Notes: generated by a model not told the origin, from the sequence alone. A stretch of DNA of 64,000 nt from an uncultured beta proteobacterium (GCA_963803225.1 CAWDLJ010000004.1:1167706-1231705); one strand, 5' to 3'; positions 34,361 to 47,790 are shown, counted from the first letter of the stretch. Made by a program: numbers and translations.

Positions 34361-36349
34361 ATGTCTACGAAGAAGTCAAACGCTGCCTACAGCGAAGCGT
34401 CGATCAAGGTGCTCAAGGGCCTCGAGCCCGTCCGGCAGCGGCCGGGCATGTACACGCGCACCGAGAATCCGCTGCACATCATCCAGGAAGTCATCGACAA
34501 CGCCTCTGACGAAGCGCTCGGCGGCTACGGCAAGCGCATCACGGTCACGCTGCACGCGGACCAGTCGGTCTCGGTCGAGGACGACGGCCGCGGCATTCCG
34601 TTCGGCCTGCACCCCGACGAGCGCGTGCCGGTCGTCGAGATCGTTTTTACGCGGCTGCACGCGGGCGGCAAGTTCGACAAGGCCGCCGGCGGCGCCTACA
34701 CGTTCTCGGGCGGCCTGCACGGCGTGGGCGTGTCGGTGACCAACGCGCTGTCCACGCGCCTCGACGTCACGGTCTGGCGCGATGGCAAGGTCGCCGAAAT
34801 CGGCTTCGCCAACGGCGATGTCGTGAAGCCGCTGCAATCGCGCAACGCGGCCCGCGACGAAAAGAAAACCGGCACGCGCGTCACGGCGTGGGCCGATCCG
34901 AAATACTTCGATTCGCCGAACCTGCCGTTCGGCGAGCTGCAGCGTCTGCTGCGCTCGAAGGCAGTGCTGCTGCCCGGTGTCGAGGTCGAGCTCGTCAACG
35001 AGAAAACCGGCGAGAGGCAGAGCTGGAAGTACGAAGACGGGCTGCGCGGCTACCTGCTCGAAGGCATGGGCGACAGCGATCTGCTGATTCCGCTCTTCGA
35101 AGGCGAGCGCTATGCCGACAACTCGCGTGCGTCGGACGACACGACTTTCGCGGAGGGCGAGGGCGCCGCATGGGTCGTCGCGTGGAGCGAGGAAGGCACG
35201 CTCACGCGCGAATCGTACGTGAACCTGATTCCGACGCCGGCTGGCGGCACCCACGAATCGGGCCTGCGCGATGGTCTGTTCCAGGCGGTCAAGAGCTTCG
35301 TCGAGCTGCACAACCTGCAGCCGAAGGGCGTGAAGCTGCTCGCCGAAGACGTGTTCGCGCGCGTGTCGTTTGTGCTCTCGGCGAAGGTGCTCGATCCGCA
35401 GTTCCAGGGGCAAATCAAGGAGCGCCTGAATAGCCGCGACGCCGTGAAGCTCGTCTCGTCGTTCGCGCGTCCTGCGCTCGAACTGTGGCTCAACCAGCAC
35501 GTCGAGCACGGCAAGAAGCTCGCCGATCTCGTCATCAAGCAGGCTCAGGCGCGCACGCGCGCGGGCCAGAAGGTCGAGAAGCGCAAGAGCTCGGGCGTGG
35601 CCGTGCTGCCGGGCAAGCTGACCGACTGCGAATCGACCGATATCGCGCGCAACGAACTGTTCCTCGTCGAGGGCGACTCGGCGGGCGGCTCGGCGAAGAT
35701 GGGCCGCGACAAGGAATACCAGGCAATCCTGCCGCTGCGCGGCAAGGTGCTCAACACGTGGGAGACCGAGCGCGACCGCCTGTTCGCGAACAACGAGGTG
35801 CACGACATCTCGGTGGCGATCGGCGTCGATCCGCACGGTCCCGACGATACGATCGATCTCTCGAATCTGCGTTACGGCAAGATCTGCATTCTCTCGGACG
35901 CGGACGTCGACGGCTCGCACATCCAGGTGCTGCTGCTCACGCTGTTCTTCAAGCACTTCCCGCAGCTGATCGAGCGCGGCCATGTGTGCGTGGCGCGCCC
36001 GCCGTTGTTCCGCGTCGATGCACCCGCGCGCGGCAAGAAGCCCGCGCAGAAGCTCTACGCGCTCGACGACGGCGAACTCGAAGCGATCCTCGACAAGCTG
36101 CGCAAGGACGGCGTGCGCGACACGCAATGGGCGATCAGCCGCTTCAAAGGCCTCGGCGAAATGAGCGCCGAGCAGCTCTGGGACACGACGATGAACCCCG
36201 ACACGCGGCGTCTGTCGCCGGTGGCGCTCGGCGCACTCGACTTCGACGCGACGGTCGCGCGCATGACCATGCTGATGGGCAAGGGCGAGGCGGCCTCGCG
36301 GCGCAGCTGGATCGAAGAGAAGGGCAACGAAGTCGAAGCGGACATCTGA
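34361..36349 (+). CDS. parE: DNA topoisomerase IV subunit B
   Basis: EVIDNASDE, LHAGGKF, VEGDSAGGS, PLRGK, DADVDG. Confidence 0.96.
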   Translation: MSTKKSNAAYSEASIKVLKGLEPVRQRPGMYTRTENPLHIIQEVIDNASDEALGGYGKRITVTLHADQSVSVEDDGRGIPFGLHPDERVPVVEIVFTRLHAGGKFDKAAGGAYTFSGGLHGVGVSVTNALSTRLDVTVWRDGKVAEIGFANGDVVKPLQSRNAARDEKKTGTRVTAWADPKYFDSPNLPFGELQRLLRSKAVLLPGVEVELVNEKTGERQSWKYEDGLRGYLLEGMGDSDLLIPLFEGERYADNSRASDDTTFAEGEGAAWVVAWSEEGTLTRESYVNLIPTPAGGTHESGLRDGLFQAVKSFVELHNLQPKGVKLLAEDVFARVSFVLSAKVLDPQFQGQIKERLNSRDAVKLVSSFARPALELWLNQHVEHGKKLADLVIKQAQARTRAGQKVEKRKSSGVAVLPGKLTDCESTDIARNELFLVEGDSAGGSAKMGRDKEYQAILPLRGKVLNTWETERDRLFANNEVHDISVAIGVDPHGPDDTIDLSNLRYGKICILSDADVDGSHIQVLLLTLFFKHFPQLIERGHVCVARPPLFRVDAPARGKKPAQKLYALDDGELEAILDKLRKDGVRDTQWAISRFKGLGEMSAEQLWDTTMNPDTRRLSPVALGALDFDATVARMTMLMGKGEAASRRSWIEEKGNEVEADI

Positions 36350-36391
36350 GGCGCGAACGCTTTCGCGCGACCACGGACACGGATTGATTGA

Positions 36392-38716
<2,325 letters not shown>

Positions 38717-38958
38717 ACGGCGCGGCATGCGGCGTGCGCAGGCCTTGAGCGCGCACGCTGCAGGTCGGCCCCGCGCCGGCGTGGAATAATGCGGTGCGCC
38801 TTGCGCATCGAAGTACAACATCCGCAATACGGCACAAGACGACACTGAACTCGCGCACGCGCCCACGGGTCGAACGCACTTCATCGAGCCTGCAACGTGC
38901 GCCGTCCGCGGCGCGCGCAGCGGCCGGGTCGTCCACATACAACAAAGGGAATACGGGC

Positions 38959-39417
38959 ATGGGCCACGCGATCGAAGTCGCGCTCTTTCTGCATCTGCTG
39001 GGTGTCGCCGTGTGGGTCGGCGGCATGGTGTTCGCGCACTTCTGCTTGCGCCCCGCGCTCGAAGACCTCTCGCCGCAATTGCGGCTGCCGTTGTGGGAGT
39101 CGGTGTTCGGCCGCTTCTTCAACTGGGTCGCGGGTGCGGTGCTCGTGATCCTCATCACCGGCGGTTTTCTGCTCATGCAGTTCGGCGGCGGCCATGCGAG
39201 CTGGCAATTGCACGCGATGGCCGGGCTCGGCGTGATCATGATGCTGATCTACGGCCACATCCGCTTCGCGCTCTTTCCGCGCATCCGCCGCGCAGTGCAG
39301 GCGCAGAGCTGGCCCGATGGCGCGCGCGCGGTCGGCACCGTGCGCCGTCTCGTCGTCATCAATCTCGTGCTCGGCATCGTGACGATCGGCGTCGCGGTGA
39401 TGTCGCGCGGCTTCTGA
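38959..39417 (+). CDS. CopD-like four-TM membrane protein
   Basis: LHLLGVAVWVGG motif, four TM segments. Confidence 0.8.
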   Translation: MGHAIEVALFLHLLGVAVWVGGMVFAHFCLRPALEDLSPQLRLPLWESVFGRFFNWVAGAVLVILITGGFLLMQFGGGHASWQLHAMAGLGVIMMLIYGHIRFALFPRIRRAVQAQSWPDGARAVGTVRRLVVINLVLGIVTIGVAVMSRGF

Positions 39418-39439
39418 CGCGGACGTCCAGACGCGCTCG

Positions 39440-40390
39440 CTATAGCCGTTCGGCGAGCGCGTAGCGCTGCATGCAGCGCTCCATGCCGTCGAGGAACGCC
39501 TGCTCGGCGGCATTCATCTTGCGCTCGCGATGCCACAGCAAGTGGATATCGACATCGATGAGCCCTTCTTCGGGCGGCAGCCGCCACAGGCGCTGCTGCG
39601 CGAGGTCCTCGCGGACCGTGTGCTCGGGCAGGCAGCCGATGCCGAAGCCCGCGAAAATCAGCCGCCGCACTTCATCGAGGCTCGGCGACGACGCCACGAT
39701 CCTCCCCGTGAAGCCCTTCTGATCGCGAAACACCGTGAGCGGCGACAGGCTGTCGCCGATCTGGTCGCTCGTGAACGAGACGAAGTTCTCGGCGAGCAAA
39801 TCCTCCATGCGCAATTGCGAGCGTCCGAACAGCCGATGGTGACGGCCGCAGAAGATCGCATAGCGCTGGCGCAGGAAACCGCGCATCTCCAGCTTCTCGA
39901 CCGCCGTGCGGCACAGGCTCAGGCCCGCGGTCGCGGTCTTTTGCAGCAGCGATGAAATGATCTCCGATGCGCGCATCACCTCGATCTGCAGATCGACACG
40001 CGGATAGGTCGCGTGAAACTCGGCCAGAAATTCGTCGTACACACGCGATTCGATGCGGCTCACCGTCAATAGCCGGATCGACCCGGTGATTTCCTCGGTG
40101 CGCTCGTCGAGTTCGGTTTCGAGCCGCGAGATGTTGCCGTAGATGTCGCTCGCGATCCGGTAGACCTCTTCACCCGCCTGGGTCGGCACGAACTGCGCGC
40201 CGCGCCGCTCGATCAACTTGCGTCCGAGCGCTTCCTCGAGGCGGCGCAGCGCCTGGCTCACGGCCGGCTGCGTCACGTAGAGGCGCGCCGCCGCGCGCGA
40301 CAGGCTGCGCTCCTGCATGATCGCGAGATAGGTGCGCGGCAGGTTCCAGTCGAGCCGGTCGTTCAGAAAGCGGGTCGCGTCGGCACGCAT
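39440..40390 (-). CDS. LysR-family regulator
   Basis: N-terminal HTH SLSRAAARLYVTQPAVS. Confidence 0.93.
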   Translation of the reverse strand: MRADATRFLNDRLDWNLPRTYLAIMQERSLSRAAARLYVTQPAVSQALRRLEEALGRKLIERRGAQFVPTQAGEEVYRIASDIYGNISRLETELDERTEEITGSIRLLTVSRIESRVYDEFLAEFHATYPRVDLQIEVMRASEIISSLLQKTATAGLSLCRTAVEKLEMRGFLRQRYAIFCGRHHRLFGRSQLRMEDLLAENFVSFTSDQIGDSLSPLTVFRDQKGFTGRIVASSPSLDEVRRLIFAGFGIGCLPEHTVREDLAQQRLWRLPPEEGLIDVDIHLLWHRERKMNAAEQAFLDGMERCMQRYALAERL

Positions 40391-40529
40391 GTCGTGATCC
40401 TTCGATGGGCGAGGTATTAGCCAAATTTATGTGGCGAATAATAACTCGAAATTTGACTAATGTTTTGTGGAAGGGGATAAAGCTCTCACGCGCCGACATA
40501 TCGTCGGCATGGGACTGGAGACACCCGCA

Positions 40530-41840
40530 ATGACCCCCAATAACGCCGCCACGCGCCAGCCGGTGCGTGCCGCCGCCGCTGCTTTCATCGGCACGATGAT
40601 CGAGTGGTACGACTTCTACATCTATGCGACCGCCGCCGCGCTCGTGTTCGGCGAGCTGTATTTCCCGTCGCACGACCGCTTCGTGAGCACCATGGCGTCG
40701 TTCGCCACCTTTGCCGTCGGCTTCTTCGCGCGGCCGCTCGGCGGGCTGATCTTCGGCCATCTCGGCGACCGCATCGGGCGCAAGAAAGCGCTCATGACCA
40801 CGCTGATGATGATGGGCGTCGCGACCGTCTGTGTGGGCCTCTTGCCGTCCTATGAGCGCGTGGGCATCGTCGCGCCGGTGCTGCTGGTGCTGCTGCGGGT
40901 GGTGCAGGGCATCGCCGTCGGCGGCGAATGGGGCGGCGCGGTGCTGATGGCGGGCGAGCATGCGCCCGTTGGCCGCCGCACGTTCTTCGCGTCGTTCGCG
41001 CAGCTCGGCAGCCCGGCCGGCCTGATCCTCTCGCTGATCGCGTTCCGCTCGGTCACCTCGCTCGACAAGGCCGATTTCCTCGCGTGGGGCTGGCGTCTGC
41101 CGTTCCTCATCTCGGCGGTGCTGCTGGTGGTCGGCATCATGATCCGGCTCGGCGTGAACGAGTCGCCCGAGTTCGAAAAACTCAAGGTCGCCCAGCGGAC
41201 CGTCAAGTTGCCCATCGCCGAAGTGTTCCGCTCGGCGTCGGGGCTCGTGTTCCTGTGCATCGGCGCGAATACGATCGGCATCGCCGGCGTCTACTTCACC
41301 AACACTTTCATGATCGCGTACACGACGCAGTACGTCGGCATCACGCGCTCGCTGATCCTCGACTGCCTGTTCGCGGTCGCGATCATCCAGTTCCTCGCTC
41401 AGCCGCTCGCCGCCTGGCTCGCCGAGCGCATGGGCAGCGCGCGCTTTCTCAAGTGCGCCGCGCTCGCCGCGATGGTCTCGCCGTATCCGATGTTCGTACT
41501 CGTGCAGACGGGCCGTGTCGTGCCGATGGTGATCGGCATCGCCATCGCGGTCGTCTGCATGGCGAGCTTCTATTCGGTGATCGCGGGCTTCGTCTCGGGC
41601 GTGTTCCCGACGCGTGTGCGCTATTCGGCGATCTCGATTGCCTACCAGGTATGCGGTGCGATCGCGGGCGGCCTCACGCCGCTCATCGGCACCTGGCTCG
41701 CGCATCAATACGCGGGGCAGTGGTGGCCGCTGGCGCTGTTCTATACGGGGCTCGCGAGCGTTTCGCTCTTGTGCATCGTCGGGCTCGACGCGCGTCGCGC
41801 GAGCCACGCAGAAGCTGCCGAGCCGTTGCGCGCGCACTGA
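40530..41840 (+). CDS. MHS-family MFS transporter
   Basis: IEWYDF, GDRIGRK, GGEWGGA. Confidence 0.92.
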   Translation: MTPNNAATRQPVRAAAAAFIGTMIEWYDFYIYATAAALVFGELYFPSHDRFVSTMASFATFAVGFFARPLGGLIFGHLGDRIGRKKALMTTLMMMGVATVCVGLLPSYERVGIVAPVLLVLLRVVQGIAVGGEWGGAVLMAGEHAPVGRRTFFASFAQLGSPAGLILSLIAFRSVTSLDKADFLAWGWRLPFLISAVLLVVGIMIRLGVNESPEFEKLKVAQRTVKLPIAEVFRSASGLVFLCIGANTIGIAGVYFTNTFMIAYTTQYVGITRSLILDCLFAVAIIQFLAQPLAAWLAERMGSARFLKCAALAAMVSPYPMFVLVQTGRVVPMVIGIAIAVVCMASFYSVIAGFVSGVFPTRVRYSAISIAYQVCGAIAGGLTPLIGTWLAHQYAGQWWPLALFYTGLASVSLLCIVGLDARRASHAEAAEPLRAH

Positions 41841-41871
41841 TTATTGTTTTGAATCAAGCGGATTCGATGTG

Positions 41872-43131
41872 ATGAAAGACCTCCTGCAAATCGACGGCGC
41901 GCGCCTGTGGGCGAGCCTCATGGACATGGCGAAGATCGGCGCGACAGCCGGCGGCGGGGTGCGCCGCCTCGCGCTCACTGACGAGGACCGGCGCGGCCGC
42001 GAGCTGTTCGTGCAATGGTGCCGCGACGCGGGCATGACGGTGTGGACCGATGAAATCGGCAACCTGTTCGCGCGCCGCGCGGGCACCGACGAGCACGCCG
42101 CGCCCGTGCTGATGGGCAGTCATCTCGACACGCAGCCCGAGGGCGGCCGTTTCGACGGCGTCTACGGTGTGCTCGCGGCGCTCGAAGTGGTGCGCGCGCT
42201 CAACGACGCGAACGTGCGCACCGCAAAGCCCATCGAGATCTGTTCGTGGACCAACGAGGAAGGCGTGCGCTTCACGCCCGCCATGCTGGGCTCGGCGGTC
42301 TTCACGGGCGCGATGTCGCCGGCCGACGCGCTCGCGCGCACGGATGCCGACGGCGTCACACTCGGTGCCGCGCTCGATGCGTGCGGCGCACGCGGCACGC
42401 GCGCGGTCACGGGCGTCGCCGTCGATGCCTATTTCGAGGCGCATATCGAGCAAGGCCCGATCCTCGAAGCGAACGGCACGACGATCGGCGTCGTGACGGG
42501 AGGCCAGGCGATCCGCTGGTTCGACGTGACGGTCAAGGGCGTGGCCGCGCATGCGGGCACGACGCCGATGCCGTATCGCAAGGACGCGTTCTTCGGCGCC
42601 GCGCAGATGGCGCGCGAGATCGAGGCGATGATCGCGCGCTACGCGCCGCGCGGCCTCGTCACGATCGGCCAGGTGCAGGTGGCCAACGCGTCGCGCAACA
42701 CGATCGCGGCCAACCTGACCTTCAGCGTCGATCTGCGCCATCACGACGACGCGCAACTCGACGCGATGGAGCGCGATCTGCGCGCGCTGGTCGCCGAGGT
42801 CGCGGCCGCGCGTGGTCTCGCGGCCGACGTCACGCATTGCTGGACGAGCCCCGCGACACCGTTCGATCCCGCCTGCGTCGGGCTGGTCGCCGAGGCGAGC
42901 GCAAAGCTCGGCTATAGCCACGAGCGCATCGTAAGCGGCGCGGGCCACGACGCCATCCATCTCGCGCGCTATTGCCCGACGGCGATGGTGTTCATTCCGT
43001 GCGTCGGCGGCCTCTCGCACAATGAGGCCGAGGACGCCCTGCCCGAGGACGTCACGCACGGCGCCAATGTCCTGCTCAACGCCGTCGCCGCGCGCGCGCT
43101 TGCGCGCATCGACGCGGCGGCGAGCGCCTGA
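41872..43131 (+). CDS. M20 Zn amidohydrolase (N-carbamoyl-amino acid/allantoate type)
   Basis: GSHLDTQ, DGVYG, NEEG, EAHIEQG, HAGTTPM, GAGHDA. Confidence 0.92.
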   Translation: MKDLLQIDGARLWASLMDMAKIGATAGGGVRRLALTDEDRRGRELFVQWCRDAGMTVWTDEIGNLFARRAGTDEHAAPVLMGSHLDTQPEGGRFDGVYGVLAALEVVRALNDANVRTAKPIEICSWTNEEGVRFTPAMLGSAVFTGAMSPADALARTDADGVTLGAALDACGARGTRAVTGVAVDAYFEAHIEQGPILEANGTTIGVVTGGQAIRWFDVTVKGVAAHAGTTPMPYRKDAFFGAAQMAREIEAMIARYAPRGLVTIGQVQVANASRNTIAANLTFSVDLRHHDDAQLDAMERDLRALVAEVAAARGLAADVTHCWTSPATPFDPACVGLVAEASAKLGYSHERIVSGAGHDAIHLARYCPTAMVFIPCVGGLSHNEAEDALPEDVTHGANVLLNAVAARALARIDAAASA

Positions 43132-43154
43132 GAACCATCGAGGAGATCCTTGCC

Positions 43155-44186
43155 ATGCTGACCTGGTTCCATCCCGAACAATTGCTGCACCATCCGAAGT
43201 CCTATCTGTCGCGCGGCCAGATGCGCTCGCCGCAGGAAGTGCCCGAGCGTGCCGCGCGTTTGGTCGCCGCCGTGCGCTCGCTCGATTTCGATCTGCGCGA
43301 GCCCGCCGATTTCGGCTGTGCGCCGCTCGCCGCCGTGCACGACATGAACTACCTGCGCTTTCTCGAAGAGGCGCACGGCGAATGGCTGAGCATGCCCGAC
43401 GACTGGGGCGACGAAGTAATGTCGAACATCTATGTGCGCGAGCCCAATCCGCTGCGCGGGGTGCTTGCGCAAGCTGCGCGCTATCTGGCCGACGGTAGCT
43501 GTCCGGTCGGCGCGAACACGTGGCGCGCTGCGTACTGGTCGGCGCAAAGCGCGCTCGCGGCGGCCGCCGCGATCAACGACGGTGCGCGCGAAAGCTACGC
43601 GTTGTGCCGGCCACCGGGCCATCACGCGCGCGCCGATGCGGCGGGTGGCTTCTGCTACCTGAACAACGCGGCGATCGCCGCGCAGTCGTTGCGCAGCCGC
43701 TTCAAGCGCGTCGCGATCCTCGACACGGACATGCATCACGGCCAGGGCGTCCAGGAGATTTTCTACGGCCGCGACGACGTGCTCTATGTGTCGATCCACG
43801 GCGACCCGACCAACTTCTATCCGGTCGTCGCGGGCTATGAGGACGAGCGCGGCGCGGGCGTGGGCGAGGGCTTCAACGTCAATCTGCCGATGCCGCACGG
43901 CGCGAGCGAGGACGCGTTCTTCGAGCGCGTCGATGCCGCGCTGCGCGTGCTCGCGCGCTTCGAGCCCGATGCGATCGTGCTCGCGCTCGGCTTCGACATC
44001 TACAAGGACGATCCGCAATCGAAGGTCGCGGTCACGACGCCGGGCTTCGGGCGACTCGGCTCGGCGATCGGCGCGCTCGGCCTGCCGACGGCGATCGTGC
44101 AGGAAGGCGGCTATCACCTCGCGAGTCTCGAAGACAACGCGCGCGCGTTCTTTGGTGGTTTCAGCGCGGCGCGCCGCACCGCGTGA
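43155..44186 (+). CDS. HDAC-family acetylpolyamine amidohydrolase-like protein
   Basis: RPPGHHA, GFCYLNN, DTDMHHGQG, EGGY. Confidence 0.92.
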   Translation: MLTWFHPEQLLHHPKSYLSRGQMRSPQEVPERAARLVAAVRSLDFDLREPADFGCAPLAAVHDMNYLRFLEEAHGEWLSMPDDWGDEVMSNIYVREPNPLRGVLAQAARYLADGSCPVGANTWRAAYWSAQSALAAAAAINDGARESYALCRPPGHHARADAAGGFCYLNNAAIAAQSLRSRFKRVAILDTDMHHGQGVQEIFYGRDDVLYVSIHGDPTNFYPVVAGYEDERGAGVGEGFNVNLPMPHGASEDAFFERVDAALRVLARFEPDAIVLALGFDIYKDDPQSKVAVTTPGFGRLGSAIGALGLPTAIVQEGGYHLASLEDNARAFFGGFSAARRTA

Positions 44187-44198
44187 AGTAAGTCTCGA

Positions 44199-46556
44199 TT
44201 AGCGCGACGTCGAAGTATCGTCGTCGCGCGCGCCGTGTGCGATCTCGGCCAGATGCGCCATGCCGCACACGCCGAAGCGCTCGATCAGCACCGGCACGCC
44301 GTCGGCCGGCACGGGGCGCGAGAACAGGAAGCCTTGCGCCTCGATCGGACCGAGCGCCGAGAGCCACGCGATCTGCTCTTCGGTCTCGGTGCCTTCGACG
44401 ACGACCGTGAGCCCGAGCGAGCGCGCGAGGTTGACGATCGCCGACACCATCACGCACACGCTGCGATCGGCGGGAATGGCCTGCACGAACGAGCGATCGA
44501 CCTTGAGCGTGTCGACTGCGAAGCGGTTCAGATACGAGAGCGACGAGTAGCCGGTGCCGAAGTCGTCGAGCGCGACGCGTACGCCGAGGCGCTTCAGCGC
44601 GAAGATTTTCTCGGAGACGAGATCGGGATATTCCATCATCGCGGTCTCGGTGATTTCGAGTTCGAGCCGGTGCGCCGCGATGCCGGTTTCCTCGATGGCC
44701 TGGGCGATGGTCTCGTAGAGATCGCCGCGCCAGAACTGCACCGCCGAGATATTGACGGCGAGCGTGAGCGTCTCGAAGCCCTGCTGCTGCCATTGCGCGA
44801 GCTGCGCGCAGGCGGTGCGGATCACGAAGTCGCCGACCGGCACGATGAGTCCGGTCGTCTCGGCCACGGGAATGAATTCGCTTGCCGGAATCAGTCCGTA
44901 CTGCGGATGGTTCCAGCGCGCGAGCGCCTCGAAGCCGGTGATGCAGCGCCGGTGCAAGTCGATCTTCGGCTGATAGGCGAGAAAGAGCTGGCCTTCGTCG
45001 AGTGCGACGCGCAGTTGCTGCTCCCACTTCATCAGGTGATCGGCGCGATGCGCGAGCTGCGGCGAATAGAACCGGAAGCAGTTGCGGCCCGCTTCCTTCG
45101 CGGCGTACATCGCGAGGTCCGCTTTCTTGAGCAAGTCGATCTCGCTCTCGTGCGCAACCGCGTAGAGCGCGATACCGATGCTCGCGTGCAGCACGAACGC
45201 GCTGCCGCGCACTTCGAACGGCTGCGAGAAGGCGGCGCTCGCCGCTTCGGCGAGCGCGACGGCGCGTTTCTCGATGTCGTCGCCCTTCAGGATCACGACG
45301 AATTCATCGCCACCGATGCGCGCGAGCGTGCCCGCATGGCCCACCGCCGAGTCGAGGCGCGCGGCGCTCATCTGCAGGACCACGTCGCCGGCGTTGTGGC
45401 CGAGCGTGTCGTTGACGGTCTTGAAGTTGTCGAGGTCGATGAAGAGGATCGCGAGATGGCCGAGGTTGCCGGGCTGCGCGACTTCGTGGCGTAGCCGCTG
45501 CATCGTCGAGTAGCGGTTGGGCAGGCCCGTGAGCAGGTCGTGGCGCACGAGTTCGGTCATCTCGCGCTCGCGGCCGAGCAGCTTGCCGATCAGCCCGGTG
45601 GCGACGCCGAAGAACGACAGCATCGCGAGCGAGATGAACGTCGCCATCAGCAGATAGACGTCGCGCGTGTGGTTGTAGTCGGCGAATTCCTCGGCCTGCG
45701 AAAGACCCACCAGCACGCCGAGCGGATAGCCGTCGATGTGGCGATACGAAACGATGCGCGTCACGCTGTCGAGCGGATCGGTGTAGATGCCCGACACATG
45801 CTCGGACATCGGATAGACGCCGCTTGCCGAGAAGGTGCCCGCCGGATTGTCGGCGCTGCCGGTGCGCCGCGCGAGCACGGTGCCCGCGTCCGAGATCACG
45901 GCGATCACGCCGTCCCGGCCAATGGCCGCGTTGTTGTAGAAGTCGCTCGTGAAGTAGCTCGGGTCTTCGGACACGACCACCACGCCCGCGAACGAGCCAT
46001 CGGGGTGATTGAGACGGCGCGTCATCTGCAGCGTCCAGTGGCCCGAGAGGCGGCCGAGCACCGGCTTGCTGATATAGAGCTGGTCGTCGTTCTCGTGCTC
46101 GTGCACGCGGAAGTGCTCGCGATCGGACAGGTCGATCGGCTTCGGATTCGGATCGGCGGTGTTGGCGATGAGCCGCCCATGCTCGTCGATCAGCGACACC
46201 TGCACGAGCGAGTCGCTCTGCACGACGCCTTTCTCGACCGTGCTCGCGAGGTCGAAATGTCCGGGCGACTTTTCGAATTCGTATTTGACGAAGCGCGTGA
46301 TCTGGTCGACCTGGTGGATCGCCTTGACCGTGTGCTGTTCGAGTGCGGCCGAGAGAATCGCGGCCGATGCCGTGGCCTCGCGCAGCGTCGCTTCTTTCTC
46401 GACTGAGAGGCGCGTGAAGATCACGGCCCACAGCAGCACCAGCACGAGCATGCCGAGCGCGGGGATCGCGAGCAGCGCGCGGGTCCGTTTGGGCGCGACG
46501 CCGGGTTCCCGGCGCAGGCCGAATTCGCGTGTATCGGATTGACCGGGCCGATTCAT
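44199..46556 (-). CDS. Cache-GGDEF-EAL c-di-GMP enzyme
   Basis: Two TM segments, GGDEF intact, EAL and DDFGTGYSSL. Confidence 0.93.
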   Translation of the reverse strand: MNRPGQSDTREFGLRREPGVAPKRTRALLAIPALGMLVLVLLWAVIFTRLSVEKEATLREATASAAILSAALEQHTVKAIHQVDQITRFVKYEFEKSPGHFDLASTVEKGVVQSDSLVQVSLIDEHGRLIANTADPNPKPIDLSDREHFRVHEHENDDQLYISKPVLGRLSGHWTLQMTRRLNHPDGSFAGVVVVSEDPSYFTSDFYNNAAIGRDGVIAVISDAGTVLARRTGSADNPAGTFSASGVYPMSEHVSGIYTDPLDSVTRIVSYRHIDGYPLGVLVGLSQAEEFADYNHTRDVYLLMATFISLAMLSFFGVATGLIGKLLGREREMTELVRHDLLTGLPNRYSTMQRLRHEVAQPGNLGHLAILFIDLDNFKTVNDTLGHNAGDVVLQMSAARLDSAVGHAGTLARIGGDEFVVILKGDDIEKRAVALAEAASAAFSQPFEVRGSAFVLHASIGIALYAVAHESEIDLLKKADLAMYAAKEAGRNCFRFYSPQLAHRADHLMKWEQQLRVALDEGQLFLAYQPKIDLHRRCITGFEALARWNHPQYGLIPASEFIPVAETTGLIVPVGDFVIRTACAQLAQWQQQGFETLTLAVNISAVQFWRGDLYETIAQAIEETGIAAHRLELEITETAMMEYPDLVSEKIFALKRLGVRVALDDFGTGYSSLSYLNRFAVDTLKVDRSFVQAIPADRSVCVMVSAIVNLARSLGLTVVVEGTETEEQIAWLSALGPIEAQGFLFSRPVPADGVPVLIERFGVCGMAHLAEIAHGARDDDTSTSR

Positions 46557-46905
46557 CGAGCCGCCGGCGCAATAGGACCGGCGCGCCGCAGAGGCGGCTG
46601 CGCGTACTGCGACGGAGCAGTCGGAGTCATTGGCGGCATGTTGTACAGGTGACGGCCCGGGAGACAGTGCTGATTAATGGTCGTGCCTCGGCGCGCAAAA
46701 AGCGCGCAGACGCATCGGCCGGCTCGCGCCGGCCCGGCTCTTCGATATTACTGAATGGGAATAGATTAAGGAAGCGGCGTCGGCCCGGGTATACGCGCGG
46801 CCGCGCCTTTGATTCATTGCGCATCATGCGAGCCAGCACGCTTCGCTGGCGTATCGCGCGAGCTTGGGGTGAGCGTGCCCTTGTCTGGTGCGCGCGGGCA
46901 GCCGC

Positions 46906-47790
46906 TCAGGCGAGCCGGAAGGTGCCGTCGACGACCGTCACCGAGGCGCCGCCGACCCAGGTGCGCGCGACGCCATCGTCGTACACGATGCTCACCCGGC
47001 CGTCGCGGCCGAGCGCGGTGCCCTGGCGTACCGTGTAGCGCGCGCCGGGGCGGCGCTCTTGCAGCGTGAGCAGGCCGGCAATGGCCGCGTTGGCGCTGCC
47101 CGTCACCGGATCCTCGCCGATGCCCAAGCGCTCGCCCGCCATGAGACAGCGCACCTCGAACGTCGCGGGGCCGTCCGCCGGATGCGGGCCATAGGCGGCG
47201 AGACCATGCGCGCCGACCGCCTGCACGAGCGCGGTGAGCGCGACGGGATCGGGGTCGAGCGCGAGGCACGCCGCCGCCGATTCCATGCGCACGACGAGCC
47301 ACGGCGCGCCGTTGTCGACGCCGCTCGGCGCGGCGGAGAAATCGATCGCACTGCTGTCGAGCGCGGCGGCGAGCGCATCGTATTGCGCGGCGGGCAACGG
47401 GGTCAGGCGTGCGGGCGGCGCGTTGAAGGCCCAGGCGCCGCCTTCCTGCGCGGCGAGTTCGACGAGCCCCGCCGCGCATTGCTGGACGAGGCGGCCTGCT
47501 TGCCTGGGCTGATAGCCGCTTTCGAGCAGCGCGTGGGCCGTGCCGAGCGTCGGATGGCCCGCGAACGGCAACTCGCCGCCGGGCGTGAAGATGCGCACGC
47601 GATAGTCGGCCTGCGGCTCGGTCGGCGCGAGCAGGAAGGTGGTTTCGGAGAGATTGGTCCAGCGGGCGATGGCTTGCATCTGGCGCTCGTCGAGCGCATC
47701 GGCGTCGAACACGACGGCAAGCGGATTGCCCTTGAATGGCGTCGACGTGAACACGTCGACCTGCTTGAAGCGCACAGTGTGGGCTGGCAT
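46906..47790 (-). CDS. PhzF-family isomerase
   Basis: VDVF...GNPLAV, NLSET, ELPFAGHPTLG, EDPVTGSA. Confidence 0.93.
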   Translation of the reverse strand: MPAHTVRFKQVDVFTSTPFKGNPLAVVFDADALDERQMQAIARWTNLSETTFLLAPTEPQADYRVRIFTPGGELPFAGHPTLGTAHALLESGYQPRQAGRLVQQCAAGLVELAAQEGGAWAFNAPPARLTPLPAAQYDALAAALDSSAIDFSAAPSGVDNGAPWLVVRMESAAACLALDPDPVALTALVQAVGAHGLAAYGPHPADGPATFEVRCLMAGERLGIGEDPVTGSANAAIAGLLTLQERRPGARYTVRQGTALGRDGRVSIVYDDGVARTWVGGASVTVVDGTFRLA

